Positions 9,754-18,034 of a stretch of 64,000 bases of DNA are shown in pieces. Below the pieces are notes generated by a model. The model was given only the letters and a program-made list of their open reading frames with translations. It was not told the DNA's origin and searched no databases. This stretch comes from Candidatus Kaiserbacteria bacterium. Lineage in GTDB: Bacteria > Patescibacteriota > Minisyncoccia > Phycocordibacterales > Phycocordibacteraceae. Both the position numbers and the translations under genes were made by a program. Position 1 is the stretch's first letter, and the number at the start of each line of letters is the position of its first letter. Location: NCBI GenBank assembly GCA_016194455.1, contig JACQBN010000018.1, positions 10,669 through 74,668 on the forward strand. The letters are read 5' to 3'.

Positions 9754-10826
9754 TGCGAAGAGCGCGACGTCGCGAGTCGCCGCAGAATCTCGGTGAACGC
9801 CGCCTCGTCCCGCGCGATGATGAGGGTTCGCTGATCCCAGTAGCCGTAGACGAGGATCGTGCGCGCGAAGGAGTCGCGATAGATGCGCGTGTCGTGATTC
9901 GCCACTACCACGTCACGAAACCCGCTTGTCCCGAGCGCGGCGGGTGCAGTTGCGGTTGCCGTGGTCGTTGCGACAACTGGCGCAGGATACGGTGGGAAGA
10001 AGAGTCCGAGATCGCGCGGCAGGTGGACCTCCCACGAGAGCATGCCCGCGAAGGTCTCGCCGTAGGAGGCGACCGAGAGAATAAAGAAAGGCGATTGCAT
10101 TCCGGAGACATTCACGATGCCTGCGATGCTGCCCGAGGCATTTATATTCCGCAACAAAACATCAGGCGCAGGCAACTGAAGCGCCGAGAAAACGCTGCGA
10201 TCGGTGGTGGTCGCTCCTGCAAGCGAGAGTAAACGAACAGCGCCCGCGGCCACAGAGCGCGACACGGACTGTACAATACTCTGCGCAAGCGCGGCACCGC
10301 TGCCGTCTACTTCAGCACGTTCGTCGACGAAAATCGGTGCGGCGATCACTGGCGTGAGCGCGACTGGCGCTCCGGAGACCATGTAGTTTGTATAAATATA
10401 GTAGGTGCTCCCGCCGCCAACGACGAGCAGGAGTACCCCTGCAAGCGTGTAGAGCAGGCCGCTACGGCCCCGCGCCGGCGCTTCTTTTGCCGGCGCTTCT
10501 TTTGCCGCGTCCTGTTCGGCCGCGAGCACCGTAGCGGTCGAGGCGCCTGTATCTTTTACTCGTGTAGAAAAATCCGCGGAGTATGTCTCAATCGGGGACG
10601 GGCCCGTAGGCCTCGGGGGCGGTTGCGGCGCAAGCGGCGGCGAAGCGGACTTCGCAAGGGGGGTGGGCGGCGGCACTGGCGAGGCCTCGATAAGCCGCTC
10701 GACGGGCGCGCGCTCCGGGAGCGGCGCAAGGTCAGGCTTGCCTCCCTGCTTCAAGGTCTCGATATCGCCCTCAAGCGTGCGGATATATTTCTTCGGCGCA
10801 TCGCTCGGCATGGGAACTTCTGTCAT
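9750..10826 (-). CDS. hypothetical single-pass membrane protein with Pro-rich N-terminal region
   Basis: Pro-rich region PPPRPTGPSP, TM segment LLYTLAGVLLLVVGG. Contains a 15-nt tandem duplication encoding AKEAPAKEAP. Confidence 0.5.
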   Translation of the reverse strand: MTEVPMPSDAPKKYIRTLEGDIETLKQGGKPDLAPLPERAPVERLIEASPVPPPTPLAKSASPPLAPQPPPRPTGPSPIETYSADFSTRVKDTGASTATVLAAEQDAAKEAPAKEAPARGRSGLLYTLAGVLLLVVGGGSTYYIYTNYMVSGAPVALTPVIAAPIFVDERAEVDGSGAALAQSIVQSVSRSVAAGAVRLLSLAGATTTDRSVFSALQLPAPDVLLRNINASGSIAGIVNVSGMQSPFFILSVASYGETFAGMLSWEVHLPRDLGLFFPPYPAPVVATTTATATAPAALGTSGFRDVVVANHDTRIYRDSFARTILVYGYWDQRTLIIARDEAAFTEILRRLATSRSSQ

Positions 10827-10887
10827 GCGCCTATACTAGCGCACCTCGCGGGAGTGGAGGCGGAGTTGTCCGTCCCGAAGGGACTCC

Positions 10888-11403
10888 TTAGGAGCGCGTA
10901 GCGATAGTGTAGCGCTTCGGGTCCTCGCACATGTCGGTGAAGGCGTGCGCCGCCTCCTTAAGCTTCGCGGAGGAGGATTTGCCAAACGAGATGACCTCCA
11001 CCTGGCAGCCCTCGTTCATGTCAAGATACTGGATCAAGGGAATGAAATCGCCGTCGCCGGTCGCAAGTACGACCGTGTCGAGCTTAGGCGCGAGCTTCAC
11101 CGCGTCGATCGCGAGCCCGACATCCCAGTCCGCTTTCTTGGTGCCGTCGGCGAAGACCTGAAGATCCTTCACTTTGGTCTCGATACCTATCTTGGTGAGC
11201 GCCTCAAAAAAAGCACTTTCTTCGCCGCTCTCTGTTTTGATGACGTAGGCGATTGCACGCACGAGTGTGCGGCCGCCGACCGCCTCTTCAAGGATTTTGG
11301 CGAAGTTGACGCGCGCTTTATAGAGGTGTTTTGCGCTGTGATAGAGGTTTTGCGTGTCGATGAAAACTCCTACGCGTTGCGCTGGATGTTTAATAACTGC
11401 CAT
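10888..11403 (-). CDS. NYN/LabA-like domain protein (predicted RNA-binding/nuclease)
   Basis: VGVFIDTQNLYHS ... VLATGDGDFIPL pattern typical of PF01936. Confidence 0.65.
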   Translation of the reverse strand: MAVIKHPAQRVGVFIDTQNLYHSAKHLYKARVNFAKILEEAVGGRTLVRAIAYVIKTESGEESAFFEALTKIGIETKVKDLQVFADGTKKADWDVGLAIDAVKLAPKLDTVVLATGDGDFIPLIQYLDMNEGCQVEVISFGKSSSAKLKEAAHAFTDMCEDPKRYTIATRS

Positions 11404-11443
11404 AAAATAAGGTTATAGAAAACGAGAATATTAAAACTTTTCT

Positions 11444-11470
11444 GCCCCCGACCCCTCCCGGGGTCGGGGG
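11444..11470 (-). terminator. rho-independent terminator downstream of rpsO
   Basis: CCCCCGACCCC-tcccg-GGGGTCGGGGG hairpin followed (minus strand) by a U-rich tract. Confidence 0.5.
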
Positions 11471-11487
11471 CATTCATAACTATACCA

Positions 11488-11772
11488 CTATTTCTTGAGC
11501 CCCAGCTTCTTGATGACGGCACTGTAGCGGCGTTTGTCATTAGTCTCTAGGTAGCGCAGATGAGTACGGCGGTCAGCGACCATCTGGAGGAGACCCCGGC
11601 GGGAGTGGAAGTCCTTCGGATTTTTCTTCAGGTGTTTGGTGAGATCGGTAATCTGACGCGAAAGGAGCGCGACCTGGACCTCCGGCGAGCCGGTGTCCGC
11701 ATCATGCCGCCCGGAATTCTTAATGATTCCGGCCTTTTTCTTCGTAGTAAGCATTGCCAAATAATCTACCAT
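11488..11772 (-). CDS. rpsO: 30S ribosomal protein S15
   Basis: Conserved S15 core HRRGLLQMVADRRTHLRYLETNDKRRY. True start may be an internal Met. Confidence 0.9.
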   Translation of the reverse strand: MVDYLAMLTTKKKAGIIKNSGRHDADTGSPEVQVALLSRQITDLTKHLKKNPKDFHSRRGLLQMVADRRTHLRYLETNDKRRYSAVIKKLGLKK

Positions 11773-11817
11773 GCCTTGATTATTTCTGCAAGTTCTGCGT
11801 AATCGCCGAGAAATATT

Positions 11818-12756
11818 GTGCGAAACGGATGCTATCCTTATTTTATGAACGCTGAGGCGGCGAAGCGGCAGTTTCTAGAATATATCGAGATCGAGCGCGG
11901 GCGCGCGGTGAAAACGATCGAAAACTACGACCGCTACCTCACGCGCTACTTCGCCCGGATGAAGATTGGGCGCATCGCGGACATCACGGAGGAGAGCGTT
12001 CGCGAGTTCCGGCTCTGGCTCAATCGCCAACCCGGGGCTCGCGCCAACGGTGTCCCTTCGGGAATGAAGCGCCGCACGCAGAACTATTACCTCGTCGCGC
12101 TCCGCGCCTTTCTCAAGTTTCTCCGCAAGCGCGGCGTAGACTGTATCTCCCCCGAGCGCATCGAGCTTGCGAAGGTTCCGGAGCGCTCTCTTGACCTCAT
12201 TACTCCGGCCGAGCTTGGTCGCCTGCTCCGGGCCGCTGACGGGAGCGACCTCAGGTCGCTTCGTGACAAGGCAATTCTTGAGCTTTTCTTCTCCACGGGG
12301 CTCCGCGTCTCAGAGCTCTGTGCACTCAATAGCGATCTCAATCTCTCCCGCGACGAGTTCTCGGTCCGCGGCAAGGGCGAGAAGGTGCGCGTTGTCTTCC
12401 TTTCCCCCGCTGCCAAGAACGCGGTCATTGCGTATCTGAAGGCGCGCAAGGATATGGAAGAGGCGCTCTTCGTCAGCGTCCCGCGGGGCTCCAAGAGCCC
12501 AACCCGTCTCAGTCCCCGACTGATAGAGCTGATGATAAAAAAGTATGCGGCGAAAGCTGGTATCACAAAGAAGGTCACGCCACACGTGCTCCGCCACTCT
12601 TTTGCAACAGACTTGCTCTCAAACGGCGCCGACATCCGCTCGGTCCAACAGCTCCTCGGCCACGCCTCCATCAACACGACCCAAATCTACACCCACGTCA
12701 CCGACACCCACCTCCGCGAAGTCCATAAGAAGTACCACTCTCGTACTCAACACTAA
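11818..12756 (+). CDS. tyrosine recombinase XerC/XerD family
   Basis: Catalytic residues in HVLRHSFAT, LLGHASINTTQIYTHV (R-H-R-Y pattern), N-terminal core-binding domain. Start may be Met at ~11845. Confidence 0.85.
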   Translation: MRNGCYPYFMNAEAAKRQFLEYIEIERGRAVKTIENYDRYLTRYFARMKIGRIADITEESVREFRLWLNRQPGARANGVPSGMKRRTQNYYLVALRAFLKFLRKRGVDCISPERIELAKVPERSLDLITPAELGRLLRAADGSDLRSLRDKAILELFFSTGLRVSELCALNSDLNLSRDEFSVRGKGEKVRVVFLSPAAKNAVIAYLKARKDMEEALFVSVPRGSKSPTRLSPRLIELMIKKYAAKAGITKKVTPHVLRHSFATDLLSNGADIRSVQQLLGHASINTTQIYTHVTDTHLREVHKKYHSRTQH

Positions 12757-12835
12757 GTCCCACTCGATAGGGAATGTTCGGACCTGGATGGGGCAAAGAA
12801 AAGCCGCCTCCAACGACTTTTCGTTGTGGCGGTGA

Positions 12836-13216
12836 TTAAGCTGCGATCGGCACCTCGTAGATTTTGGGAAGAACCCAATCCGGCAGAAGCAAAGAGCGAT
12901 TGAACATCCTCGCTACCCATGCGATGGCGTCGTAGCAACTGCCCATGACTTCGTCGTGGCCATATTGATACGCCACTTCGAACTGATGGGATTCGCATTC
13001 ACCGCAGTCGCAGCGGTAGTTGTCGCTGGCGTTATGGTCCGAGAAACGAATCCTCACAAGTTTGCCGTGGGGTTTGTCCTCCCAGATCTCCAAATACTCT
13101 GACTCAGAGAGTCGGGACGGTTCCCAGCGGGCAATAAGTGCCATGTGCTCACAAACGCGCCGTACGATTTTGGCGCGTCTGCATGCGTGTTCTGGACGAA
13201 GGTCCTCGAAGTACAT
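12836..13216 (-). CDS. hypothetical Cys-rich small protein
   Basis: YRCDCGECESH cluster. No recognisable family. Confidence 0.4.
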   Translation of the reverse strand: MYFEDLRPEHACRRAKIVRRVCEHMALIARWEPSRLSESEYLEIWEDKPHGKLVRIRFSDHNASDNYRCDCGECESHQFEVAYQYGHDEVMGSCYDAIAWVARMFNRSLLLPDWVLPKIYEVPIAA

Positions 13217-13337
13217 CCGCGCCTCCTGCGCTGGCGTTAATCCAAAAGTAAGATACTATAACCATACAAATCTGTCAAGATTAGCGCTCCGCTGGCGTGA
13301 CTCGAACCAACCGACATTTGCGTTATAGAATAAGCGG

Positions 13338-14135
13338 ATGCGGATTATTTCGTGGAACGTGAACGGGATACGGGCGGTGCACCGAAAAGGAGAGTTTTTG
13401 CCCTTTATTAAAAAATATAAGCCCGATATCCTGTGCCTGCAGGAGACCAAGGCCCTTGAACACGAATCCCCCATTGACTTGCCGGAGTACGAAGAATTCT
13501 GGAACTCGGCCAAAAAGAAGAAGGGCTACAGCGGGGTCGCGATTTTTACCAGGCGTACCCCCGAAAACGTCCTTTTCGGCCTCCCCGAGGACTTGGTGAA
13601 GAAGCACAAGCTTGCCGAGGATGGCTACGGCGACCCGAATGAGGAAGGTCGTGTTATCGCGGCTGACGTTGGAGATTTCTACGTCGTGAGCGTCTACACG
13701 CCAAATGCGAAAGACGATCTCTCGCGCCTCGCGCTCCGTCACAAGCGTTGGGATCCTGCTTTTCTTGCCTACATGAAGCGGCTGGAGGAAGAGAGGCCCA
13801 TTATATTCTGCGGCGACCTCAACGTCGCTCACACGCCGGAGGATCTCGCCCATCCCAAGGAAAATGAGGGCTTGGAAGGGTTCACCAAGGAAGAGCGCGA
13901 GGGGGTCGATCAGATAATTTCGGCCGGCTTCCTGGATACTTTCCGCCTTTTCCACTCCGGTAATGACCACTACACTTGGTGGAGCCACTGGGCGAACGCG
14001 CGAGCGCGCAACGTCGGCTGGCGCATCGACTACATCTTCGCGAGCAAGACGCTCAAATCGAAAATAGAAAAAGCGGAGATTCTCCCCGAAGTTATGGGCT
14101 CCGACCACTGCCCCGTTTCGCTCACCATTTCATAA
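13338..14135 (+). CDS. xthA: exodeoxyribonuclease III (AP endonuclease)
   Basis: MRIISWNVNGIRA, LCLQETK, GDLNVAHT, SDHCPV motifs. Confidence 0.9.
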   Translation: MRIISWNVNGIRAVHRKGEFLPFIKKYKPDILCLQETKALEHESPIDLPEYEEFWNSAKKKKGYSGVAIFTRRTPENVLFGLPEDLVKKHKLAEDGYGDPNEEGRVIAADVGDFYVVSVYTPNAKDDLSRLALRHKRWDPAFLAYMKRLEEERPIIFCGDLNVAHTPEDLAHPKENEGLEGFTKEEREGVDQIISAGFLDTFRLFHSGNDHYTWWSHWANARARNVGWRIDYIFASKTLKSKIEKAEILPEVMGSDHCPVSLTIS

Positions 14136-14240
14136 AGGACATTTTCTATCGGACATTTTGACTTCGCTCAGTGCAGACACTTATCCACATCATGTCCTTT
14201 ACAATGTCCTTTAGATTGCTAACATTGTCCTTGAGAGTTC
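14134..14240. repeat. cluster of short GGACAT(TTT)/ATGTCC(TTT) repeats flanking a perfect DnaA-box-like TTATCCACA
   Basis: Two forward copies (14134-14160), three reverse copies (14193-14232), TTATCCACA at 14181-14189. Further AAAGGACAT at ~16165. Confidence 0.35.
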
Positions 14241-14446
14241 TTTCTTGCTCTTTGCCATCAGTGCGTTTCTAGCGTTGGTGCCTGCCTTCGTCGGCGACGT
14301 GTCGCCCTTGACTGCTTGGGCACGGCCTCCTTCTCTGGAGCGCTGTGCGAAAACAAAGATCGCCCACCCTCTATGTGCTGGAGGACCATCAATTTGCCCT
14401 CTCTCCTATTTCACCTCTGGCCGCCACTTGGGCGGTCTTTTTGCAT

Positions 14447-15910
14447 CTAGCAAACGTGGTGTTTTTCCATTATCTTCTGGACTTCTGCGTCCTCCCTTTC
14501 TTCCCTTTTGCTCTTCCCGGACTCGCCGAGTGCCTTGAGATCAGTATCAGATAACGTAAGTAAATGCTTAGCTTTTTCGTCTAAATGCGGCTCCGTATTG
14601 AGTTCCGGCTTCTCCAGGACTTCTTCGAGGAGCGCATTGAGGACCCAGCCGATCCTCGGCCCAGGTTTCACGTGGAACATATCCATGATGCGAGTGCCAT
14701 CAGTCTTGAGCATTCCCACAGAAATCGGGTCTCGAAGCGCCTGGTCCACCATCGCCATATACTTGCGAAGGCGAAAGGGTTGTTCCTTTGGCCTCCCAGT
14801 GCCGATACGGTCGCAGATGCGAAGTTTGAGCAAATCATCTATGTTTTCCTTGCCGACGTTGGTAATCACTCGGCGAACTGCAGAGAGCGTGATCTGCTCT
14901 GGGTCTGAGAAGAACATGTGCCATCGGACAAGCTTTACTGTCTTTTCTATTGTTTCACGTGGAAACTTGAGGTCCTCCAAGGCGGCTTTTGTTACACGTG
15001 AACCAACAACGTCGTGGCCATGGAAGGTCCAGTCTTGTTTTTCATCAGACCACCGACGGGTTTCTGGCTTTGATATATCGTGAAACAGCCCCGCGAGCCT
15101 TATAGCAAGGCTCCAATGCTTATCAGCCGCGTGTTGCATGGTCCGCATCAAGTGGCCGAAGACGTCGTAACTATGAGCCTGATTCTGTTCAACGCCTATG
15201 CCGCGGACGAGATTCGGCGAGATATACTCCAGGATTCGAAGCTGTTGGGCGAGAACGAGCGCCACCATCGGCTGCTCCGACTGAAGTATACGGACAAGCT
15301 CGTCCCGAACCCTTTCACGTGAAACATATTTTAAATTCTTTGCGTTCTCGCTGACTGCCTTCGCTGTCTCTCCGTCTATACCGAAACCGAGCTCGGCGAT
15401 CAAGCGAACGGCGCGCAACATTCGCAGGGCGTCTTCGTTGAAGCGTTCTAAAGGACGTCCGACAGTACGGACTATTTTGTCCTTTATGTCCTTTTGTCCT
15501 TTATATGGGTCTATCAAATGTCCTTTAGATTCTTCGAGAGCAAGCGCGTTGATGGTGAAGTCCCGTCGAGCCAGATCGTTTTCAAGGGAGACACCGAAGG
15601 TTACTTTGTCCGGCCGACGCTTGTCGCTGTAGCTGCTCTCGGCGCGGTAGGGAGTGACCTCTACTATCGCGAGTGTCGAGTCCTTTGAACCGGTCTTGAC
15701 GCCCACGGTGCCGTAATCGTTCTCGTAGAATGAGTCGGGAAACGCTGCCTGAATTTGCTCCGGGGATGCGTTTGTGGTGACGTCCCAATCCCTAGGCACT
15801 CGGCCAACGATTAGATCGCGTACGCAACCTCCCACAAGGTAGGCCTCGTGGCCTTTGTCGCGGAGTACACGGGCGATCTGGGAGACTTCTTCCGGAATGT
15901 GAAAACGCAT
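14447..15910 (-). CDS. cca: CCA-adding tRNA nucleotidyltransferase with HD domain
   Basis: GGCVRDLIVGRVPRDWDVTT polymerase-beta head, HD phosphohydrolase domain (HDISK). Confidence 0.9.
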   Translation of the reverse strand: MRFHIPEEVSQIARVLRDKGHEAYLVGGCVRDLIVGRVPRDWDVTTNASPEQIQAAFPDSFYENDYGTVGVKTGSKDSTLAIVEVTPYRAESSYSDKRRPDKVTFGVSLENDLARRDFTINALALEESKGHLIDPYKGQKDIKDKIVRTVGRPLERFNEDALRMLRAVRLIAELGFGIDGETAKAVSENAKNLKYVSRERVRDELVRILQSEQPMVALVLAQQLRILEYISPNLVRGIGVEQNQAHSYDVFGHLMRTMQHAADKHWSLAIRLAGLFHDISKPETRRWSDEKQDWTFHGHDVVGSRVTKAALEDLKFPRETIEKTVKLVRWHMFFSDPEQITLSAVRRVITNVGKENIDDLLKLRICDRIGTGRPKEQPFRLRKYMAMVDQALRDPISVGMLKTDGTRIMDMFHVKPGPRIGWVLNALLEEVLEKPELNTEPHLDEKAKHLLTLSDTDLKALGESGKSKREEREDAEVQKIMEKHHVC

Positions 15911-15946
15911 GGCGTGATAGTAGCATGTGGCGTAGTATTGGCGTAC

Positions 15947-16021
15947 GCCCCGATGGTGAAATGGATATCACAACTGACTTCGGATCAGTTATTCTGGGTT
16001 CGAATCCTGGTCGGGGCACCA
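15947..16021 (+). tRNA. tRNA-Arg (anticodon TCG), CCA encoded
   Basis: Cloverleaf: acceptor GCCCCGA/TCGGGGC, D-stem GTGA/TCAC, anticodon stem ACTGA/TCAGT with loop CTTCGGA, T-arm CTGGG-TTCGAAT-CCTGG. 75 nt. Confidence 0.75.
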
Positions 16022-16049
16022 GCCAGTATGCTATAGTCGTGCGCGTACT

Positions 16050-16120
16050 GCGGATATGGTTTAGTGGTAGAATGCGTCCTTGCCAAGGACGAGACGGGAG
16101 TTCGATTCTCCCTATCCGCA
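16050..16120 (+). tRNA. tRNA-Gly (anticodon GCC)
   Basis: Acceptor GCGGATA/TATCCGC, anticodon arm CGTCC-TTGCCAA-GGACG, T-arm GGGAG-TTCGATT-CTCCC. 71 nt, CCA not encoded. Confidence 0.85.
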
Positions 16121-16237
16121 CCGCGTTTCTGCTCCAACTCAGCTGTGTATAAACCTGTGGACGAGGGGGATAAAGGACATTCTAGAACTGCCGGAGTCCG
16201 TTAGATACCAAGCAAATGAGCCATATTTCTAAAGGTC

Positions 16238-16633
16238 ATGAATTTGTCTGCTAAAAATAGAAAGGAAATCGGTGCGCTCGGCGAGGCGGTCGCCGCAGAG
16301 TATCTGCAGCGGCATGGCTTCTCCGTGAAGGATAAGAACGTGCTACGGAAAACCGGCGAGCTCGACATTGTCGCGCTTGAGGGCGACACGCTCCACTTTG
16401 TGGAGGTGAAGACGGTGCTGGCGGAAGAATTCCCTGATGAGGAGTTCGCACGCGACGACTACGACCCCTCCTTGAACCTCCACGAGGCGAAGGTGCGCAA
16501 GGTCGCGCGGACGGGAGAGTGGTATGCGCTTGAGAAACGTTGGGAGGGGGAGTGGCAAGTGGACGGTTGTCTGGTTTGGCTCCGGCGGCGAGACGGCCGC
16601 GCGCGCGTCCGCTATCTGCCACAGATCGTTTGA
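16238..16633 (+). CDS. YraN/UPF0102 family predicted endonuclease
   Basis: GEAVAAEYLQRHGF ... GELDIVA ... FVEVKT pattern of UPF0102. Confidence 0.7.
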   Translation: MNLSAKNRKEIGALGEAVAAEYLQRHGFSVKDKNVLRKTGELDIVALEGDTLHFVEVKTVLAEEFPDEEFARDDYDPSLNLHEAKVRKVARTGEWYALEKRWEGEWQVDGCLVWLRRRDGRARVRYLPQIV

Positions 16634-16676
16634 GGTGCTAAAGTGCGTGAAACCCTTCCATCTCGGCCAGGGTAGA

Positions 16677-16747
16677 CGGGGCGTTGTGTAACGGTAGCAC
16701 GCGACCTTTGGGAGGTTGTAGTCCGAGTTCGAATCTCGGCGCCCCGA
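16677..16747 (+). tRNA. tRNA-Pro (anticodon TGG)
   Basis: Acceptor CGGGGCG/CGCCCCG, anticodon arm CGACC-TTTGGGA-GGTTG, T-arm CCGAG-TTCGAAT-CTCGG. 71 nt. Confidence 0.8.
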
Positions 16748-16750
16748 TGA

Positions 16751-17923
16751 CTAGTGGAGACTGGTGGTGATGAGCGCCTCAAGCGCGGGGATTTGCGATG
16801 CGAAGGCAGCCGCAGAACTGACGGGAGATCCGGCGAGAAGCGTCTCGAGTGTGGAGCCGGTCTCTTCGGCATATGCGCGCTGAATATAAGCGGCGGTGAT
16901 GGCGTTGACGTTGCGGGTGTCGGTCGCGCCCTCGACCGTACTCGTGGTGATGGTGGCCGCAAGCTCTCCCGCGGCGTCCGCGACGCCGCCGCCTGAGGAT
17001 CCTTCCTGCGCCGCGGCTGAACCGCCAAGCGCAAGCACGTCAGGGGTGTCGGTCGTGAAGGTGAACACCTGCTTCACACTGCCGAAGACGATAGTGGGGA
17101 AGAGGGTTGATTGTATCTGACTTGGATCAAGAAACTGCGCACCATAGGAGGCGATGGCAACGGGTGAGTCGGGTGCAAGAGCCGCATGGTCAAGCACAAT
17201 CGCAGGGAAATTCGTTGAGAGTACGGTCCCCGGAGTACTGTTACTGGTGGTGAGTGGAGTTGAACCAATAATCGCCAGGAACGCGTAGTCGTGTTCGCCG
17301 TCGCCCGCGGGAGAGGACTCAGTAAGGACGCTCGGGTTTGCGCTCAGCCATGCGCGAGAAATGAACATGAGCGCAGCGCGGTAGCGATCGACTGCTGGGC
17401 TCCCGGTGCGCAGCTCACAAGAGACGCTGTGGTCCGCGAGGAGGAAATACTGCGCGACGTGCGCGTTGGTGAGTACAATGCCGCTTGGCGTAATGATGAC
17501 CCCGCTCGCGGAAATGGACTTGATGGGGGAGCCCGCAGGCGCGTAACAGACGATATTGACGAGCGCGGCGCGGAGCGCCGCGGCAGCAGCATCAAGCGAC
17601 ACGTTGCCCGAAATGGGAGTCACCGGGGGTAGCGCAAGAACTGGAGCGCTCACCGGCTTCAAAGTGGCGGACTTTTTATGCGCAGGGGGAGCTGCACTTG
17701 CGGTTGCTCTGTTTTCCGCGCCTGGCAGGAGCGGGATTGTGCCTGGCAGCAAATTCTCAATCGTGATTGCCGGGCCACCAGTGCCGGAAAGTACGGTCAG
17801 GGTGGAAGAGGCGCTCCTCCCGGCAATGGGCGCCGAGGTGACGGGCGCGATGCGCAGTAGTACGCCGATCAAGAGCACAAAGAAGAGGGCTGCGATGATG
17901 CCCAAATACGGGAAGAGCCGCAT
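16751..17923 (-). CDS. membrane-anchored trypsin-like serine protease (S1 family)
   Basis: N-terminal TM, His motif GVIITPSGIVLTNAHV, Ser motif GSSGGG. No PDZ domain seen. Confidence 0.7.
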   Translation of the reverse strand: MRLFPYLGIIAALFFVLLIGVLLRIAPVTSAPIAGRSASSTLTVLSGTGGPAITIENLLPGTIPLLPGAENRATASAAPPAHKKSATLKPVSAPVLALPPVTPISGNVSLDAAAAALRAALVNIVCYAPAGSPIKSISASGVIITPSGIVLTNAHVAQYFLLADHSVSCELRTGSPAVDRYRAALMFISRAWLSANPSVLTESSPAGDGEHDYAFLAIIGSTPLTTSNSTPGTVLSTNFPAIVLDHAALAPDSPVAIASYGAQFLDPSQIQSTLFPTIVFGSVKQVFTFTTDTPDVLALGGSAAAQEGSSGGGVADAAGELAATITTSTVEGATDTRNVNAITAAYIQRAYAEETGSTLETLLAGSPVSSAAAFASQIPALEALITTSLH

Positions 17924-17962
17924 GGCGCTAACGCTACTCTAAAAATGGTATTCTCGCACTAC

Positions 17963-18033
17963 GCGGGATTAGTTTAATGGTAGAACGTCAGTTTTCCAAA
18001 CTGAGAGCGGGAGTTCGATTCTCCCATCCCGCA
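17963..18033 (+). tRNA. tRNA-Gly (anticodon TCC)
   Basis: Acceptor GCGGGAT/ATCCCGC, anticodon arm TCAGT-TTTCCAA-ACTGA, T-arm GGGAG-TTCGATT-CTCCC. Ends 1 nt before rarA ATG. Confidence 0.85.
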
Positions 18034-18034
18034 C

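Noticed and set aside
11818-13216. Xer-like tyrosine recombinase as the integrase of a prophage or genomic island
   Set aside because: There are no flanking phage or transfer genes, no adjacent tRNA and no direct repeats. The surrounding genes are housekeeping (rpsO, xthA). It is most simply the chromosomal dimer-resolution Xer recombinase.
14203-15531. Exact 15-nt repeat AATGTCCTTTAGATT shared by the xthA-cca spacer and the cca coding region
   Set aside because: Several exact 15-mer matches are expected by chance in 64 kb on both strands. The cca copy lies in a Lys-Asp-rich coding stretch (KDIKDKIV) that naturally generates GTCCTT codons. Only the intergenic clustering is reported as a finding.
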